A DNA stretch of 64,000 nucleotides from positions 126,170,001 through 126,234,000 of the forward strand of contig OZ024741.1 in the NCBI GenBank assembly GCA_964016885.1, written 5' to 3'. The notes below the pieces were generated by a model. That model saw only the letters and a program-made list of their open reading frames with translations. It did no database searches and was not told the origin of the DNA. Made by a program: the position numbers and the translations under genes. This document shows, piece after piece, positions 57,462 through 64,000 of this stretch; position 1 is the stretch's first letter, and every line of letters starts with the position of its first letter. Origin of the DNA: Eledone cirrhosa (lineage: Eukaryota).

Positions 57462-58429
57462 TGAAAAATGGCGTGCTGCGTTGTTGTGAATATGAACATA
57501 TGAATAAAAATAGACCGAGAAACAGGACAAGTCCGTCATCAGTAGTCTGCTGATTCTCATTGGTATTTCTTCGCATTAAAGACTAGATACCTAAAGTCAG
57601 TGCGAGCGATAACTAAATTAAGTTATCGGGACAGAGGAAAGTGAACAAACAACATGGTAATAACGCAACGCAAAGAGAGGAAAAGAGAGACAAGTCAATG
57701 AATATTGTGGGCTTAAGTCCGACAAATCAAATGACGAAAAGAAAACAGACACGTCTGAGCCACGAAAAAAGTGAGAGTAAAGAATTAACGCAGGTCAGAC
57801 GGGAGGAAGTGAGAGCGGTGGAGTAGCAGAGAGTGAGTGAGTGAAAGTGTGAGGAAGGGGCCAGCTGAGAGTGTGTGACCAGCAGCGGGGATGGAGGAAA
57901 GCAAGAGGTAAGGGGGAGAGAGAAAGAAGAAAGCAGTAAGGTAACAGAAAAAATATGAACCACAGCGAAAGTAAAATATATGTGAATGAAAAAATGGCGT
58001 GCTTCGTTGTTGCGAATGTTTTATTCATATGTTCATATTCGCAACAACGCAGCACGCCATTTTTCATTCACATATTTTCCCTTCGATGTGGTTCGTATTT
58101 TTTCTGTTACCTTACTGCTTTCCTCTTTCTCTCCCCCCCCTTACATCTTGCTTTCCTCCATCCCCGCTGCTGGTCACACACTGTCAGCTGGCCCCTTCCT
58201 CACACTTTCACTCACTCACTCTCTGCTACTCCACCTCTCTCAATTCCTCCCGTCTGACCTGCGTTAATTCTTTACTCTCACTTTTTTCGTGGCTCAGACG
58301 TGTCTGTTTTCTTCTCGTCATTTGATTTGTTGGACTTAAGCCCACAATATTCATTGACTTGTCTCTCTTTTCCTCTCTTGACGTTGCGTTACTACCATGT
58401 TGTTTGTTCACTTTCCTTTGTCCCGATAA
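57459..58429. repeat. Inverted plus direct pseudo-LTR-like repeat at the 5' end of the downstream PLE
   Basis: 57623-58012 is the diverged reverse complement of about 58040-58429; 57459-57509 repeats the inner end. Confidence 0.8.
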
Positions 58430-61400
58430 CAAAAGAAGGCATCACCTCGCCCCTACCCCTACATCCTCCACACAACTACCACGCGGATTCCCAAGCAACA
58501 AATATAGTAATAGAGAATCAGCTACAAGATAGACACTACAACTTCTCTCCCACCAGGAGAAACCATAGAATCCCCCACACTTACAACCCCCTAACATCCC
58601 CACACAACAAACCCACAACCATCATTACTTTCAACATAGAACAAAAAATAGACAACTACCACGCATGCCACATAGGGTCTCACAACCACACACCAACTAT
58701 AAGGAAACCCTAATCTACCCTCCTCCCCTAACCACATCCTACTACAACAACACCAGCAAGGGACAGTACAACCACACGAGACCACCCTAACCACTACAAC
58801 CAGCATAACTACACACCACACAACAACAACAGCAGGACTCAATATAACCACACAAGACAACCCTACTATAAATACCACCAAGTCTAAACACCCTACAACA
58901 GCAGCAGGGCTCAACACAACCATACGATACAACCCAACTTCAACAACCACCACAACTTCACACCCTATAACCACGTCCATCAAATCTGCACACCCTACAA
59001 CAACAACAGCAGAGCTCAATACAACCACACGATACAACCTAACTTCAACAACCACCACAGCTACACACCCTCTAACAACAACAGCAGGGGCCAATACAAC
59101 CATAAGCGACATCCAAACTTCAACAACCACCACAACTTCCGTAGTCATTTTTTAGACAGCACACAGGGTAACACGATAACACAAAACACACAGGAGACAT
59201 AAAATGTAATACAAATCGTTAATTTAACCTCAAAAGAATTAACAACAGACCAAATCAACATACTCTCCAAAGGTGTTCAATTTACACCAACTTCCCAACG
59301 ACCAAACTACCTCGAAATGAAGGAAGATATTGTAGAATTCTGTAGAAAACTAAGACTCAGCGAGCAACTATACGACAAATACAATGAGGATGACTCAATA
59401 GCCAGAAATAGAAGCAACTTCACCCCACCAAAAGCAAGAACAAATTCCTCGATCAATTCTGCGAACACATTACTAATAACCTTTAACAGGATTGATGATT
59501 GATGGTCGTTAGTTGCCAGTGTGGTAAGTGATAGTATCCTCGTTGGATTATCTTGTTGACATAGACGTGAGGGAAGGTCCCTCGATCTATTTACAATATT
59601 CCTTTCGTCAGGTCGCCAATTCCAGCAGCATGGATTATAGATGTTATTGAGACACGAGTAACATAATAATGATTTCAACAGCAGTAATTAGAGATGAAAT
59701 GTATGTTTATTTTTGATGTAGCACAAACAATGTTTGTTAACTTATATGGTTGAAGTTACAGATAAAAAGAGGTTACAAAAGGGAATGTGCCATTAAGCCG
59801 GCGAGGCTAGGGTGCAAGATCTCACCATTACATTATGCGTGTTGCTGGCTTGAAGTTTCCGGTACAAGAGGAAGATTCTTCAAATCTTCGCGGGGAATTT
59901 CTTTCCCAGGGCGCGTAGGGATACATCCTCTTCTACTGGCGCTGATTGGCTGAACTGAGCCAAATCACGCACAGAGAATGTATGTGAGCCCGCGGAATGT
60001 AGGTCACTACAATACCCCCTTTCTAGACGGTAGTCGATACAGATTATTAAATTAGCAAGAACAAATGCTGAAAGAGCACATCAGTGACAAAACAGTTGAG
60101 CAGAAGGCTGCATGCAAGAAAAAATGAGGCGCTACGGGCCGTGTTGAGCCGCTGTGTCAAATGACCAGTTGTTTTGTTGTTTATACGTGACCGCCAAAGG
60201 TCTAACAAAAACGGATAAAGTCTGACATGGGCGAAGTTGCTGTTCTTGCATTAAATGTCAATGGCAAGTGCTGCACCAGTAGCTGTGGACGAAGCTATTA
60301 TGGTAGTTCACCAGTGCTGGCAAGAAGATGATGGGTAGGCGAGAAAATGTTGGCCTCCCAGATATATTGCCGAAAGTGCTGTGGAGCCAGGAAAAAATGG
60401 CTGGTTGCTTTGTAAAGAAAAAAAGGCAAGTTTAATCTGTAGGTGGGTTGCAGTGTAAATTCCACAATTCGGGCGAATCCACAGAAGTGGCCGAAATGCT
60501 GACAAGTCCAGTTCAATTTGTTGCTTTCCCAGCGAGTCGGGCAAAAACAACAAGACGGATGGCCGTCATGGACGATCAGTGTGCAACGAGGTGCGAAGCT
60601 GTTTGAGTTCAGCTGCAATTAGTATTCTCGTGTTGCGGTGCCTATTTGAATCCAGTGGATTAAGCTCTGTGAGCTGCTAGCATGTGACAGCACCTCAACC
60701 AGGTGAAAAGGGACTCGCAGAATATTACGTTTGAAGAACATATACCAAGAACAACATGTTGGTGTGTGATAAAATAATGTGTGCATATGCAGGCATGTAA
60801 AACAGCAAAGAATGTGAATGAACAAAAACCATTAGCAAGCAAATAGCAAAAGAGCACAAAACAAGTAAATGCATTGCACAAAGAAATATGTGAATGTAAC
60901 AAACTAATAATTCAAAGTCAATCTAAGGGAGCAGAGAAATTGCTCAATAAGTTCAAAGTTTTTCAAAGTCAAATAGTTCACACATCACCAGTGTACAGAC
61001 ATTAGTTCTATCTGAAAACTGAAAAAGAAGTTTGTTAATGCCGTTAGGGGTTAGATGTATGGTGTTTTTGTGAGTTTTCGTGGCCATCTTGTGTGGCATA
61101 AGGTTGTGTTGCTTATTGTTAAAGCAAAGTCAAAGAATCTTCTGTAGAGTAGCAGTCACCAAACATGGCAGCCACGTCTGACGCCATAATGGTGAGAAAA
61201 CTACTGTCTCAATTTCTCGAGTCCCTGTGGTAACGAGACAGAAGGTATGGTGGTTGCGTCGGTAAAGTTACAAGCCGTTTTGAAATTTCCGATGTGTGGT
61301 GGTTTGCGTCGGTAAGGCTATGAAGCTGCCACTCACTGTTCCTTGTATTGGTCAGTGGTTAAACAACGCTGTCGCTGCTGCTGTCGTTGTTGTTGTCAAG

Positions 61401-64000
61401 TGTAGTTAGGACTTGTCGGTAGCCAACTTGAAAATTTTTCGTGGCGAAAATGTTTTTGAAATACTGCCAATTTTCAAAAAATTTTGAAAGGAATATATTG
61501 TATTTTCGCAAGTTGCGAAAAAGGTTGGCAACGTGGCAATAAAAGTTCAACTGAATGAAAAAGAAGGGCTGCGTTAAATTCTTACGTCGGTCATCACTTT
61601 AACAGGATTGATGATTGATGGTCGTTAGTTGCCAGTGTGGTAAGTGATAGTATCCTCGTTGGATTATCTTGTTGACATAGACGTGAGGGAAGGTCCCTCG
61701 ATCTATTTACAATATTCCTTTCGTCAGGTCGCCAATTTCAGCAGCATGGATTATAGATGTTATTGAGACACGAGTAACATAATAATGATTTCAACAGCAG
61801 TAATTAGAGATGAAATGTATGTTTATTTTTGATGTAGCACAAACAATGTTTGTTAACTTATATGGTTGAAGTTACAGATAAAAAGAGGTTACAAAAGGGA
61901 ATGTGCCATTAAGCCGGCGAGGCTAGGGTGCAAGATCTCACCGTTACATTATGCGTGTTGCTGGCTTGAAGTTTCCGGTACAAGAGGAAGATTCTTCAAA
62001 TCTTCGCGGGGAATTTCTTTCCCAGGGCGCGTAGGGATACATCCTCTTCTACTGGCGCTGATTGGCTGAACTGAGCCAAATCACGCACAGAGAATGTATG
62101 TGAGCCCGCGGAATGTAGGTCACTACAAACCCATACCACCACCTACACAGACATAAACAAAAACCAAACCTAAGCAAAAAAGAATGGAATGGTCTTAACA
62201 GTCTAAAGAACGACAAAACCCTAACAATCAAAGAGGAGGATAAAGGGTGTGCAATAATCCTTATGAGGACAGATTACTACACGACTCTAGTACTCTCAAC
62301 TCTAGAAAACCATACATATTACGAAAAGGCCCAACACTACACACAACAGAAAATAATGAGAAACCTAAAATCCCTAATAACCCTTTACAAAGAAGGCCTT
62401 ACCGACAAGGAATACAACTTCATCACAAATTTCAAAAGCAGAACCAGCCTCTTCTACGGTATCCCAAAGACACACAAAAGCGAAGTAATAGGCAGAGCCT
62501 GCAAGTAAGCCACAGACATTTACATCAATATACCCCCTCCTGATGACCTTAAATTAAGACCCATAATAGAAGGTACCACATGTGAAACACACCACATAAG
62601 CAACTCCCTAAATATTCTGCTTAAACCTTTCCTAAAACACATAAAAAGCTTCATAAGGGATGACCTTGACATGCTCAACCACCTCCCAACAACACTTAAT
62701 AATGGACATACCCTACTAGTAACCTTTGATATCATCAATCTATATTCCAATATCCCACACAACCTAGGTATAGAGGCAATACAATTCTGGCTTGAAAATT
62801 TCCCTAATGAACTTCCGCAGCGCATCCCTAAAGAATTTGTGTTGGAGGGACTCAAATTCATCTTGGAAAACAGCTTCTTCGAATTCAATGCCAAATACTA
62901 CAGACAGAAATCTGGGACTGCCATGGGCACGAAAGTAGCCCCTCATACGCCAACCTTGTCATGGGATATTTGGAAACCACTCTCAACCGCAAAGTTCTAG
63001 ACAAATACAGTAACCACTTCTACCGACACATAGAAAAAAACTGGAAGAGATATCTGGACGACTGCTTCATCCTCTGGCATACAAGTATAGAAAGACTGAT
63101 TGAGTTTAAAACCCTTCTAAATGGACTCAACACAAACTTACAATTTACAATGGATTACAGCCATGAACAACTCCCTTTCCTCGACATCCTCATCAAGAAA
63201 ACAAACAACAAAATAGAAACAGACATATACTACAAACCCACAGCCTCCACACAATATCTTCCATTTAACTCGTGCCACCCTCGCTATACCAAAATTGCAA
63301 TTCCTTATAACCTAGCCAGAAGGAACTGCACAATAGTTTCAGATAAATACACATGCTACACACGACTAGAAGAATTAAAGAACGCACTTATCAGCAGAAA
63401 CTACCCACCTTCCCTAATCAACAATGGATTCCAACGTGCCCTAAAGCTCAACATCCAGGAACTCAGACACCCCAAACCCAGGAATGAACCGCAACAGAAA
63501 ACTCTACTACACATCTCCACACACAACCCCCTCAACAATGAGGCATTCGAGACCATCCTCCAGAACATTCCTTTACTAAAATGACACTCAAGAATGAACA
63601 AAATCCTCCAAACACACAACATCATAAACAGCAAAAGACAACCTAAATCCATAAAAAAACATCCTCACACAAGCCAAAATCCAATCAACCCTCACGATGA
63701 ACCCTACAGTAAAAATAATGCGGAAGGCCCAACTGTGGCATCTAATAGATAGTTCAACATACCATTTTAAACAAGGACAACATTTCACAGTTAAACACAA
63801 CTTTACATGTGCATCTGAAAACCTAATCTATGTTTTGACCTGCTCAGGTTGTCAAGAGCACTACATAGGACAGACAAAAAAAACAGCCTTCGACAACTTA
63901 TGACCGTCCATAGATCACAAATCAAAATACGGGAATACAGAAAATTTGCTTTTAGTGAACATATCGCCAATTGTACACCTAACCAACATCCAAACTTAAA
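58430..64000 (+). mobile_element. Decayed Neptune-like PLE (RT + GIY-YIG), split by an LTR element at 59482-62127 and running off the window
   Basis: IVNLTSKELT..LSKG.QFTPT, IKEEDKG, FYGIPKTHK, FDIINLYSNIPH, GTAMGT, RYLDD, FLDI, SCHP, FTCASENLIYVLTCSGC..YIGQT; stops and frameshifts. Confidence 0.9.
59482..62127 (-). mobile_element. Non-autonomous LTR retroelement: 530-bp LTRs (59482-60011, 61598-62127), 1.6-kb internal region, AACC target duplication
   Basis: LTRs differ at 2 sites that I could see; they start TGTAGTG and end GTTAAA on the minus strand; PPT AGAAAGGGGG at 60015-60024; PBS-like TGATGACCGACGT next to the 5' LTR. Confidence 0.92.

Noticed and set aside
57515-57550. CTGATGA with flanking stems in the Neptune-like pLTR (minus strand)
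   Set aside because: The GAAA box is absent (GTTT), so it cannot be called a hammerhead.
58591-59148. 185-aa Val-rich minus-strand ORF
   Set aside because: It is the antisense shadow of ACA/ACC-rich repeats.
60298-61550. Short ORFs inside the LTR element as gag or protease
   Set aside because: Only faint resemblance; no convincing motif without a profile search.

Overview
AT-rich eukaryotic intergenic or intronic DNA, dense in microsatellites and repeats. The SINE and LINE repertoire resembles a cephalopod (Octopus-like) genome; this is inference only. I found no host protein-coding gene. The window holds five Penelope-like element (PLE; RT + GIY-YIG) copies of at least three lineages, one with an uninterrupted 778-codon frame. 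It also holds RTE and CR1/L2-group LINE relics, many tRNA-derived SINEs, and a very young non-autonomous LTR element nested in a PLE. The main signal: many non-coding islands between the (TA)n tracts are short elements carrying type I hammerhead ribozyme (HHR) motifs. By eye I count more than 30 motifs, intact or decayed, in roughly 15 sequence families. They occur as fold-back palindromes or as inverted-plus-tandem arrays with 310, 316, 466 and 616 bp monomers. Some have non-canonical cores (U3:A8, U3.G8), and most have a palindromic stem III (CGCG, CTAG, CCGG, CAATTG, TATATA). This looks like a diverse set of (TA)n-targeted retrozyme or solo pseudo-LTR elements mobilised by PLEs. All folds were paired manually and none is tested.
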